A stretch of 64,000 nucleotides of DNA from Podarcis filfolensis (Eukaryota). Each line of letters opens with the position of its first letter. Positions within the stretch are counted from its first letter, which is position 1. A model generated the notes under the pieces. That model was given only the letters and a program-made list of their open reading frames with translations. It did not search any database and had not been told where the DNA came from. The stretch is taken from the NCBI GenBank assembly GCA_964270895.1, contig OZ185441.1; one strand, written 5' to 3'. Of this stretch, positions 11,607 to 23,794 are shown piece by piece. The position numbers were made by a program, and so were the translations under genes.

Positions 11607-14021
11607 ATGGCCGGCAGACAGAAAGATAACAGCAGATCCCTAAGAAGGCAAGTACCTCTCCTCTTATTATTCTCTCTGTGTGGTCAGATTGCCTCAGAGC
11701 ACATTCATTATTCCATCCCTGAGGAAATGGAAAAGGGCTCCATTGTAGGAAACCTGGCCAAAGACCTGAGCCTGAATAATGGAGAAATAGGAAATTACAA
11801 TCTGCATATCCTTTCCCTAGGTAAAAAGCAATACTTTACTCTCAGTGCAGAAAATGGAAATCTGTATGTAAGGGAAAGGATTGATAGAGAAGAATTATGT
11901 GGTCAAACTGCAATCTGCTCCATCAATTTTGAAGTAGTGGTTGAGAGTCCTATGAATATTTTTCATGTAACTGTAGAGATTCAAGACATTAATGATCATG
12001 CACCACGTTTTGTAAATGGGGATATAAAACTGGAGATAATTGAATCCTCTTTACAAGGCACCACATTTCTCCTTGGACAAGCTGAAGATCCTGATCTTGG
12101 GGTGAATTCTCTCCAGGATTACAACCTTAGCACAAATCCATACTTTATTCTGGAAGTGAGAGAAATAGAAGGCGGAAATAAATATGCAGAATTAGTATTG
12201 AATAAACAGTTGGATCGGGAAAGTGAGAGCAGTTTCCAATTAATCCTTACGGCGCTGGATGGAGGGAAGCCTGCCAAAACTGGAACAGCCAAAATATGGA
12301 TCACCGTCATTGATGCAAATGACAACCCACCAGTCTTCACGCAAAAAGTATACACGGTCAAGCTGAAAGAAAATGCCCCCAAAGGGTCTTCAGTGGTCCA
12401 GGTGAAAGCCACAGATGGAGATGATGGTTCAAATGCCCAGATCAACTATAGTTTTAGTAACATCCCTGAAAGTGCTCGTCAGAAGTTCCACTTGGGTAAA
12501 CAAGATGGAACAATTATAGTTAAGGAGGTTCTGGACTTTGAGGAAACAGAAGGATATGTAATGGCAGTGGAAGCAAGAGATGGAGGTGGATTAGTTGCTC
12601 ACTGTAAAGTTCAAATAACACTCCTAGATGAGAATGACAATGCCCCAGAAGTGATTCTGGCCTCTTTATCCAGCCCCATCCCTGAAGACTCTGCAGTAGG
12701 AACCCTGGTAGCCCTTATCAATGTAAATGATAGAGACTCTGGAGACAATGGGAAGATTGCTTGTGACATACAACACACTTTGCCATTCAAAATGGTATCA
12801 GCCTCCAATAATTATTATAAGCTTCTCACAGATGCCCCCTTGGACAGAGAAAGAACTCCAGAGTACAATATCACAGTCACAGCCACAGACAAAGGCAACC
12901 CTCCTCTTTCCACATACAAAACCATCACACTGCAGATCTCAGACATCAATGACAACTGCCCTGCCTTTGAGAAACCCTATTATACTGCCTATGTCCCAGA
13001 GAACAACCCTTCAGGCTCCTCCATTTTCAGGGTCAAAGCCTCTGACCCAGATGTGGACCAGAATGCTCAAATCACCTACTCCATTCGCAACAGCATCACT
13101 GAGGGGCTGCCTCTCTCATCCTTCCTCTCCATTAATTCTGAGACTGGCACTATCTATGCTCAGCGCTCCTTTGACTATGAGCAAGTCAGGGAGTTTCAAG
13201 TGGAGGTGAGGGCCGAAGATGGAGGCTCCCCCCGCCTCAGCAGCAATGCCACCGTGAGAGTGTGTATTCTGGACCAGAATGACCAAAGCCCTCAGATTCT
13301 TTACCCTTCTCCAGGAGTAGAGGGCTCCTCCTTGTTTGAGATGGTGCCTCGCTCAGCAGAGGAAGGTTATCTGGTGACAAAGGTGGTGGCTGTGGATGCT
13401 GACTCTGGACACAACGCTTGGCTCTCCTACTATCTGCTCCAGGCAACAGAACCTGGGCTGTTCTCAATTGGTTCCCACACTGGGGAGATCAGGACCTCAC
13501 GGGCTTTTCTGGAAAGAGATGCTGTGAAGCAGAAGCTCATCATCTTAGTCAAGGATAATGGGCAGCCACCACTATCCGCTACCGTGAGTCTCAACCTGGT
13601 GTTTGCTGAGAACTTCCAGGAGGCACTTCCAGAAATTAGCCACCAGCCCAGTGACTCCGAGTATCAATCGGATCTACAGTTCTTCTTGGTGCTGGCCTTA
13701 GCTTTGATTTCATTCTTATTCCTCCTGACAGTGATTCTGGCCGTTCTCATGAAGATTCGGCGATCAGGGAACCCCAAATTCCTGCAGTGTTTTGCTCCTG
13801 TTCCCCATTCAAACAACACAGTCATTTTCCCACCAAACTATGAAGAAGGAACATTGCCATATTCCTATCAGCTATGTTTATCTTCTGAGTCCAGGGTACA
13901 GGAGTTCACCTTTCCAACACCCAATGTTCAAACCGCAGAGAATATTTCAAGCAACACTGATGCACCTTTGACTGCCAATGGAGGCAATATCTTGATTTCT
14001 GAGATGGAGAGAACTGATATG
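11607..14021 (+). CDS. PCDHGB: Protocadherin gamma-B-like variable exon V3 (805 codons), close paralog of V1
   Basis: First ATG is at 11607 (the ORF track begins at GTG 11604). Full domain set. Donor ATG|GTGAGT at 14021/14022, phase 0. Confidence 0.95.
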
Positions 14022-14244
14022 GTGAGTTTTAATCTGAGCAGTATCTACATTATACATTCTTGCTGCTTAGAGAATGGAAATTTTTATGAATCTTTGTTGC
14101 TGATTCCGTAATCTTTTTTTATACAACTAATATATTTTAATTTATTGTTTTTCAACCTACCTTTAACCAGCTAATTGGTTCAACTTGATTGAGTCTTTTT
14201 TCAAGTCTGATTGGTTCATAAACTGTTGGAATTGGTTCTTTTAA

Positions 14245-14248
<4 letters not shown>

Positions 14249-14286
<38 letters not shown>
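14249..14286. repeat. (TA)19 microsatellite
   Basis: Uninterrupted TA run read directly from the sequence. Confidence 0.95.
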
Positions 14287-14289
<3 letters not shown>

Positions 14290-15979
14290 TTCATTTTACT
14301 GGAAAATATCTATGTGTTTTCTGTTTTTGTGTGTTTATGAAAATGTGTTGAGTGGAGGAGACATTTTCCAGGAGAAATCAGGCCAAGGTGTTTTCCTGTA
14401 GTTCTTTGGGGCAAAATAAAATGAAAGGGGCTTTGGTAATCTTAAAATTATGAACATGTGGGGCCTTAGAATGAAATCGCTAATTGGATGTTATGAAAGA
14501 GAAAACATCTGATATATTTCTCCCATAGTATCAGTAATTTCCAGAGATTACTTCAAGTATTTAGAACATGTTCACATACATTATCTTAGTCTGTAGTCTG
14601 AAATGTATTTAGTTTTAAACATTTTTATCTGCCTTTCAATTGCAAGAGCAAGCCTGTCAAGTGTGGTCCCAAGTTTTGTCAGAGGCTGCAAGTCAGAGTT
14701 CTAAAGCTGCCTAGTAAATTTGTAACTGAAGAACTAGGAATCTCACAGCTCACACTTCAGCCCCTATATGAATTCTAGTGTATCTTAATTTGGATAGCCA
14801 TTGGCAAAACCAATTTGGAAAGGACAGGAAAGAATAATTTAAATTAAGAAAAATGTAAAAGTAAAGTAGGGCTACCAACACAAAGGTATATACATCCCAT
14901 GTCCAGAGAGAACACAATAGTGCAAAACTATTTGCTGTTTTGAAAAGCCTCTGCCTGGTTATTTTATTTATGATTGTTGGCTATGCCCTCAAAGCAGCTT
15001 GCAATTTAAAAGTCTAAAAATGCAAAAAAAGAGCCCTCAGTGAAATCATATGAATCAGTTCATTAAGATAACAGTAATACTGATAATGTTGTTGATGGTG
15101 ATGATGATATTACTTAAATAACGAAGTACAGCAAAAGCAGAACCACTGCCGTTTCACCTGTCCATAATGTTCTTAATAGCTTCTGATATCAGACAATAAC
15201 GTCCACATCCTATATGCAGTATCCACACATTACAAATGAACAAAATGAAAGTGAAAAAAATAGATGAATACATGGAACTTTGTCATATAAAATCTTGACT
15301 ATAGCTTACAGAAACTGAAAGAAACCAAAAACCTTCAATGAGGTACAACAGTATAATAATTCTCTTCTAAGCAATGGCTTCATTTCTTCCTGAAATTAGT
15401 TTGAGTCTTATACTTTTTGCAGTGGCTCCTCTCTTAGAACTGTGGATCCCAGAATAAAGGTGCAAGACACATAAATGGGATAAACTAAAGCCACAACATT
15501 GTTAGCGACTGATCTGTGTCTTCCATCCCTACTTAGTTGTCTTACTTTCTGTACCTCCAGTGAGGAGTTCTCTTCCACTTAGATGAGACTTTAAGAAACC
15601 ATCTCCTGCTGCCTCCCTTTGACCTGAAGAGCAAGAGTATAATATGTGTTCTTGGCTTTTTATTGCCCTTATATATTAATATTTTGTTGCTAGTGTCACC
15701 CACCTCCAGGCCAGACAGCAGGCTAGCACATGCAACCAGGCCTCAAGATACTCTCAGTCCCAGATCTCCTTTAATCAGTGACCCTTCAATGAATGTTTTG
15801 GGGAAACATCTTTTCACTAACTTGATTTCTCAGTGTGTTCACCAGCCTACTCTCTGCACTCTGCCCTGATCCTGCCTGTTCTACCACCTAGTTAGGACCT
15901 AAGTACCTTGACAAAGTCAGATTGTTAACTTGCCACTCCCAACTTGGCAGTAGATAAAAATTGCCCTGTCAGAGAGCCT

Positions 15980-15982
<3 letters not shown>

Positions 15983-16033
<51 letters not shown>
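15983..16033. repeat. (TAA)17 microsatellite
   Basis: Uninterrupted TAA run; it explains the poly-Leu stretch in the 15917-16225 minus-strand ORF. Confidence 0.95.
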
Positions 16034-16034
<1 letters not shown>

Positions 16035-16659
16035 CCTACATAGCCCCAGCAGGGACCGATCATGCCTGTAATATCTTCAGAAGAGTGGGAGAGCACAAGT
16101 GCTGCCAGCTGCACAGGGATTCCCTTCATTGGCTGGGATGAGACATCTTTGGAGTCCCTTTGGAGAATTCTTCTCCCTCGCTCATCAAGCCTTTCTCCTA
16201 AGGAAGGAGTGGGAAAGTTCTGCAAGAGATCTGTGGTTGGGCGGAAATTGTTTTTATTGTTTCGACATTATCATGGAAATATAGTAAACTCCCCAAGATA
16301 TATATTTTTTTAGTGGAAACAGGAGATTAAAAATATATATATAACCCGAGATGACAATGTTGAGACTGTTGAGATTCTGGCGCTCAGGATTGTAACTTTG
16401 ATAATATTATTTCCAAGATTCCAAGAAAAGAATCCTTTGTTACATTGCAAGCCATTTACCCAGGCAAATGGAAAGGTTTGAAGTGTTATTGATTCCAAAA
16501 CCAAAACAAAGATTCCCAAATATTCAGCTGAAGTCAAAATTCAATAGAAATAGCTCCTGTGTAAACTTCCAGTTGCATGTTTTCCCTACTGTATAAAACT
16601 ATAATTACGTTACATCCACGTTGCATTGTCTCTTAAACTGAAAGGTTGAAAACATCCCT

Positions 16660-16701
16660 TGCAGTTCTCCTGCTGAACCTCACAGTGCCGCTGTTGGCCA
16701 A
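16660..16701 (+). promoter_or_regulatory. CSE / CTCF site of V4 (CGCT core retained)
   Basis: tgcagttctcctgctgaacctcacagtgccgctgttggccaa; CGCT at 16689-16692. Confidence 0.88.
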
Positions 16702-16944
16702 TCTAGTAGCCATACAGTGATGGAAATACACTGATCCTTTCTACCGTGAGCTTACTTCTTTAGTGCTGTGCAGATCAGGGAACAGAGAGAAGGCATTGCT
16801 GCTGACATAAAGAAAATACAAAAATAATTTTTACAAATTAAAGAGAAACACAGTTTATTCTTTTTTATGGAGACTTAGTGCATACTGGTGAAAATTTGAT
16901 TTGGTTCTTAAAAAAAGGAAACAGCTGATTTTTCACAGAGCCAA

Positions 16945-19365
16945 ATGGAGAGAAGACACAACAAGAATGGCAGGGCATTCACAAGGCAAGTACAGCTTCT
17001 CTTAATATTCTTGCCCTCCTGCTGGGCTGCTTCAGAGCAGATTCATTATTCAATTCCTGAGGAAATGGCTAAGGGTTCAGTTGTGGGGAATATTGCCAAG
17101 GATTTGGGACTAAATGCCAAAGAACTAGGGAAACGCAACATGCATGCTGTCTCAGTGGATGAAATGAAATATTTCACTATGAATGCAGAGAATGGAAACC
17201 TCTATGTAAATGACAGGATAGACCGGGAGGGAATATGTGGCAAAAATCCACTTTGCTTTATTAATTTTGAGATGGTAATTGAAAGCCCCTTGAATATTTT
17301 CCACATAACAATAGCAATCCAGGACATTAATGATAATGCACCACAGTTTTTCAATGGAAAAATCAACTTGGAGACAAGTGAACTTACTGTACCAGGCACA
17401 CGATTTCTCCTTGGAGAAGCTGAAGATTCTGACATTGGGACAAATTCTCTTCAGAATTACCATCTCAGCCCCAATCCATATTTCAGCCTTGATCTTAAAG
17501 AGAGTCAGGAGGGAAATAAATTTGCAGACTTGGTGCTTCAGAAACCACTAGATCGGGAAAGTGAACAGACCATTCACTTGATCCTCACAGCCTTGGATGG
17601 TGGTGAACCTAGGAAGACTGGAACTGCCCAGATATGGATTAATGTCACAGATGCTAATGACAACCCACCTATCTTCACCCAAGAGGTTTACAAGGTCAGT
17701 CTGAAGGAAAATGCTCCTGTTGGCTCCCTTGTGCTCCAGATTTTAGCCTCTGATAAAGATGAAGGTACAAATGCCAAAATTAGTTACCACTTCAGCAACA
17801 TACAAAAAAGTGCTCAACGGAAATTCAACTTGCATTCTGGTAATGGCACAATCACTCTTACGAGCCCATTAGACTTTGAGGAAACCAGAGAATATACTAT
17901 GACAGTCGCAGCAAAAGATGGAGGTGGATTAGTAACATACTGTAAAGTAGAAATACAAGTTCTTGATGAGAATGACAATTACCCAGAGGTAACTCTGGTT
18001 TCCTTGTTTAGTCCAGTCCCAGAAGATTCTGTGTCTGGAACCTTAATTGCTCTGATCAATGTAAAAGACAAAGACACTGGTGAGAATGGAAAGGTTATCT
18101 GTTATTTGAAAAACGATCAGCCCTTCAAGATTGTCCCCTCATCTAACAATTACTTCAAACTCCAGACAGAAAGTCTCCTGGACAGAGAAATAGCTCCTGC
18201 ATATAATATTACAATCACAGCCACTGATAGAGGAACTCCACCTCTTTCCACACACAAAACAATCTCACTACGGATTTCGGATATCAATGATAATGCCCCT
18301 TCCTTTCAGAAATCTTCATATGTTATTTATGTGCCAGAAAACAATCCTTCAGGTGCCTCCATTTTCACCATCAAAGCTTCTGATCCCGATATGGATCAGA
18401 ACTCACGGATCACATACTCCATCCTCAACAGCAACATTGAGGAGCTTCCCATCTCCTCCTATATCTCCATTAATTCAGAGACTGGCACCATCTATGCCCA
18501 GAGATCCTTTGACTATGAACAATTCAGAGAGTTCCATCTGCAAGTGAAGGCCCAAGATGGGGGTTCTCCCCCTCTCAGCAGCAATGTGAGCGTCAGGGTG
18601 TTTGTTCTTGACAGGAATGATAACAGCCCTCGTATCCTGTCCCCCTCACAAGAAGCCAAGGGCTCAGCCTTGTTTGAGATGGTGCCTCGTTCGGCCGAGG
18701 CAGATTATCTTGTCACCAAGGTGGTGGCCGTGGATGCAGATTCTGGACACAACGCCTGGCTCTCCTACCACCTGACTCAGGCCACTGAGCCGGCACTCTT
18801 CACGGTTGGTTCTCATACTGGAGAGATCAGGACAGCCAGGGCCTTTGTGGAGAGAGACGCTGTGAAACAGAGACTGGTCATTATGGTGAAGGATAACGGG
18901 CAGCCGTGTCTCTCGGCCACCATGACTCTGAACCTGGTGTTTGCTGAGAACTTTCAGGAGGCCCTTCCGGAAATGAAGAGCCAACCCAGCAGCTCGGAGT
19001 ATCAGTCTGACCTGCAGTTCTACTTGGTGCTGGCCTTAGCTGTGATCTCCTTCTTGTTCCTCTTGACTGTGATTCTGGCCGTTACAATGAAGCTCCGTCA
19101 ATCAGGGCATCCCAGGTTCCTACAGTGCTTTGGTCCTGTTCCCCATTCCAAGAATGGTGCCATCTTCCCACCCAACTTTGAAGATGGGACTTTGCCCTAT
19201 TCCTACCAGCTGTGTCTGTCTTCTGAGTCCAGGAAGAATGAGTTTACCTTCCTGACACCCAATGTTCAGATGGTAGACAATATTGTTAGCAGTGAGAAAC
19301 CTAGTGTTCCTTTTACAGGCAATGAAGGAAACAATTTACATCCTGAGATGGAGAATATTGACAAG
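16945..19365 (+). CDS. PCDHGB: Protocadherin gamma-B-like variable exon V4 (807 codons)
   Basis: Full domain set; 3' half near-identical to V2/V7/V10. Donor AAG|GTAAAA at 19365/19366, phase 0. Confidence 0.94.
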
Positions 19366-22248
19366 GTAAAAATTATTTTCATTGCACATCTCATAAACAT
19401 TTTTATTGTATTGGTCATATTTATGCATATATGGGCCCCTCTGACTTAAGTGGGCCTTTTTGCAGTCACTTACTGAGATTTCAGTCTGACATATCTGTGA
19501 CTCAAGTCTCATCTGTCAGCAATTATGAACACTTTCCTGAAAAATAGGCACACCTAACACTGTGTTATGTCTCTTTTATATCATGATAACTTACCACTTA
19601 CTTTGTGGCTTTCAACTTTTCACTAGCCTTCACCTTTTTTGTTAGTAAAGTGCAATGTGTCTCAAGTAGTTATGAAATTCTGTAGTTTGGCAAGTTCTTT
19701 TTAATAAGAGAAAAACTCATGTGTTGCATTTTCCCCCTTTAAGATGTGATCAGTGATTTTCAGGTTTCTTCTGTACTCCGTGTTTCAATCTCTGATTTAG
19801 AGTTCTTTATTCCTTTCTGTAGAAAGGCAATGACTCTTCTCCTTTCTAAAACCCACAAGCTTAAATAGTGTTGTTTCCCCCTTCCAGCCCATTTGCATAT
19901 TAAGCCTCCTCTACTTCCTCTCTCTCCATCCTCACTGCTTTCCAGAACTTTGAAGTTGTGTCACTCACAGCCCTGATATTACTTCTCTCCCACTTTGCTG
20001 TTTTGTGTTCCTTCCTCGCTATGGTAAAGGTTACCAAATGCTTTTCTCAGTAGACTGCTGACAATCCCAGTAATAAGGCTGTTGGTAACCTTGCTGGCTA
20101 TACAGTGGTGAGGGTATAGCCAACAGTCCCAGCACCAGGCCACATTTAACTGTTGCCACAGACAATCCAATTATTTTTTAAAAATGTTGTCAGTGACCCA
20201 TTTGCAATATCTCAGTGAACCATTTGTAATATTAAACCTCCATCTGGAAGCACCCAAAGGCTCCAATTCTGTACATACTCTCCAAGGAGTAAGTCCCTCG
20301 GGTAAGCTCCAGGTAAACATTCATTTGGATCATGCTGTTAATGATGTTAAAACTATGAAGAGGACACATTAAATGGCCTTTGAACGATTGTTCTAACTAT
20401 AGATGTTAAAATGGAACAGTCCAGGTTGCAATACAATTCAACATGTTACTATTCCCTTCTAGTCAAAGAAAGCTACAATGCATGCTTTCTCAGATGCATG
20501 CTCCAAACTCCCTTAGGCTGTAAACCTTTTGTTTATCAATATTTTTATGCTTAGAGACTTTTTGCAGATGTCCTCCGGCACTCATTGGTGAAACTGATGT
20601 CTTGTGTTATACTATTTACGAACAATTTGCAAACATTCTTAAGTTTTGTGGTTAGTTGGATATGTTTCAGAATCAGATGCCTTTAGAGCTCATGCATTCA
20701 GAAGACATTCATAAGTTCTTCCCTTGGTGCATTAGACTAGAACGGACAAATGAAGGGTGAAATAAATCGCAGTTCCTCTCTTGCTGCTTCCTTTATCGTG
20801 TGATGCCACCTGGAGACCAATGCATAGATGAGAGTGCTTTGACGAAGTATGTGATCTGCATAGAATTGTTGTTGATTCACCATCAGGGTACATGGTACTC
20901 TACAGAGATGCCCAATATCTGCAAAACCACTTTCTTCCATATCAGTCTGCCCATGCTTTAGCAGATGAGGCCCTCTTGGTGGTCTCTAAACAGGATGGTG
21001 CAAGGGCCAGGGGAGGGCAGTGTCAGTGGTGGCTCCTCACATGTGAAACTCCCTCCCTTCTAAGGTGCATCTAGTCCCATATCAATATAATTTTAGGTGG
21101 CTAGTTAAGGCAAACTTTTTTTCAGGTGATGTTTGGAGAAGGAGAGACTTGATTAGAAAAAAAAGTGTTTAGTTTGCTGTTGCTATTAGGAAATTGCTAC
21201 TTAGTTGAATTGTTATGAGTTGCCATGTTTTCCATTTAAAAATTTGTACTAGTCTATGGATTTTATATATTGATTGTATTTTATTTTATTTTATTTTATC
21301 TGATTGTAAACCTGTGGCTTGAAGAGTAGTGTATAAATCAAGTAGATAAATAAGCAAAAAATAGACAAATCTCTTCCTCCAAGGAGCAAGTTGTCTGACG
21401 TGCACAAGGGGTGGGGAATGGAATGATTAAAGATGAATGGTAATAAACACATTTTTACATGTGCTTAATTACCATGTTACTCTATCAAACTTTTGAATCC
21501 ACGAATATGTATCCATGCATAGTTTCTGGAGCCTGGAAAATAAGTGCCCTAAAATGTGAATTATAACAAAATTCTGTATCCGTCATCTTGTATATTCATA
21601 TAATTTTATCATTTATATTCACACTTCTGTGATCACACATATGTAAGTTTCAACATTGTACTGAGCAGTTCATTTCTGGAGTGATCCAGCTCTCTGTTTG
21701 TTCAAACTGAAGGTAGGACATAGAGGCATCCATGGATCTTTACAGGCCCTGGGCTCCAGGTATGGATGCCAGGAACAATATTATCCTGTATCTGGGGACC
21801 AAATCTGTATGAGGACAGCACTATGGGCATGTCAAGTGTCAAGATGCATGGTGTGGTTAAAGGAGGGTCTTTTCTAGAGCATTCAACACTGCAAACACCA
21901 TCTGGCACAGACACTCGGAATGCTTACTGACAGTCAGTTTGCCTGGGCCAGGAAGAGCAACCTGCAAGGATAGAGTGACTGATGAATGAGATGGGCGGGC
22001 AAGGTGGGTCTCCAAAGCTCATACAAAAACAAGTTTTATATATGTAGAGGTCTCAGACTGTGAATCCAACTAGAGTCCAATTCTCATGGCACACTCAATC
22101 CCATGAATCAGGTGGCAATGGTTATGATCTGGTGCTGAGGTCTTTCTGCTGCTTTCAGTCTTTTAAATGAAGATGCACAACTATTTCAGCTATGATCCTA
22201 GAACTGTGCAGCTAGAATATAAACATTAATAGTACTGCAGTATTGTCA

Positions 22249-22395
22249 GCCTGGATAGCTCAGTTGGTTAGAGTATGATGCTGATAATGCCAAGGCTGTA
22301 GGTTCTATTCCTGTATGGGACAGCTGCATATTCCTGCATTGCAAGGGATTGGACTAGATGATCCTCAGAGTCCTTTCCAACTCTACGATTCTATG
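22249..22395 (+). mobile_element. tRNA-derived SINE with CR1-like 3' tail
   Basis: Pol III A-box (tagctcagttgg), degenerate B-box (ggttctattcc), then ggactagatgatcctcagagtcctttccaactctacgattctatg, a CR1-type tail. No complete tRNA cloverleaf. Confidence 0.8.
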
Positions 22396-23476
22396 TCACA
22401 ACAGTATTTGAGGATACATTGACAAACAGTTCAAACTTTGGCCAAGCTGTTATTTAGCACTCATGTATGCCATTATGTATTCACCTTAAACCCAGGCCAG
22501 CATTTTAGTAAGAAATGATGACAAAGTTAACTCTTTTTAAAGGCCTCTGTTTTATTCCTCTCTCTGTATTTTGTACCCTGTGTGGCATGCATAAAATGAA
22601 TTAGAAAAATAACCATCAGTGCGGTTTCACAAGTGTTTGTGCAAGCGTTTGGAGAAGAGTTTGGAGTAAGTAGCAAGCACTTCTTTAGTCCTCTGTTGTA
22701 AGTGGTCCCAGGAGACCTGAGATTCTGCAGACCTTCGCCTTTGAGCAGAGAAGGTTATCTAACAGCAGAGAGGAAGCTCCACTGGAGAGGTCATTCCTTG
22801 ACCAGTGACAGAACACTCCGTTGCCATGGCTGTATTGCAGGCAGTGCTTTATGGGTGGAAGAGGCAAGAAGGGGGTGCTCTAGGGAGACTTTAGATTCCC
22901 TTGTTTCCCAGACCTACTCAAGGATGGAATAGGGGGGAAACTACACCAGCCCTGGAGTTATTTTCCTTCCCTGTGGAACCATATTTTTTTTACAAGAAAG
23001 AAAATGGGGAAAGTAAAAAAGCCACCTCATATCTTGTGCCCTACTCATCACTTGGTTCCTCTGCCACAATTATCTCTGCCATCCAAGCCGCCTGTCCAAC
23101 CTCCATAGGGTTGCTCTGTTAGTTGCTCACCTTTTCATTAAAAATAGTAATATCGCTGAATTTTATTAAATGTATTGTTTTACAGAGGAGAGCTGGACAT
23201 AGAAGTTGCATTAACGGGCTACAAAATGTTGTTGAATGCTAACAATCTCTTCCATCAGTTATCTGTGGAAGTACAGAGGGAAGATGGAAAATTTGAGGGA
23301 TGGGAAGGTTGTTGCATCTCTAAAGCACTTGAAATATATTTCCATTTCCTGCTACTGTAAAAGCAAAACACCAGAAAGTAGTTACAAATCAAGAAAACCT
23401 TCTCATACTGCATTTGAAAATAGATTGCTCTTGTATTCTACATCTAAGCACTAGAGGAAGGGGGGAAAGCAGCACA

Positions 23477-23519
23477 TGAAGTTCTCCATCTCAGACTCAG
23501 AGTGTCGCTGTTGGCTAAT
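23477..23519 (+). promoter_or_regulatory. CSE / CTCF site of V5 (CGCT core retained)
   Basis: tgaagttctccatctcagactcagagtgtcgctgttggctaat; CGCT at 23506-23509. Confidence 0.88.
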
Positions 23520-23794
23520 GTGCTGCATCTCATGGTGCTGCATGGAATCTGCTAAGCGATGCTTCCTGCAGTGCCATTGTTCAGCCACAGACTGCAGAAC
23601 TGGGAGATAGTAGAACACAGGGACATTAAAACACTTTTGCTGAGGAAATAAAACACACTGCAACATATAGAAAGAGACAGTGACTGCTTTTATACCTCCT
23701 TATTGTGGATTTGTGGGACCTGATGGGAACTTGAGAATCTCCATCTAATGAAAATATGCAAGAAAAGAATAAAGCAATTGTCTCACCAAATCAG

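Noticed and set aside
15917-16225. Minus-strand ORF with a long poly-Leu run resembling a TM segment
   Set aside because: It is the (TAA)17 microsatellite translated.
19500-22240. Possible decayed repeats in the long V4-V5 spacer
   Set aside because: No termini, TSD or protein motif that I could recognise with confidence; needs RepeatMasker.
22249-22330. Possible tRNA gene
   Set aside because: Degenerate B-box, no acceptor stem closure, continues into a CR1-type tail: SINE.
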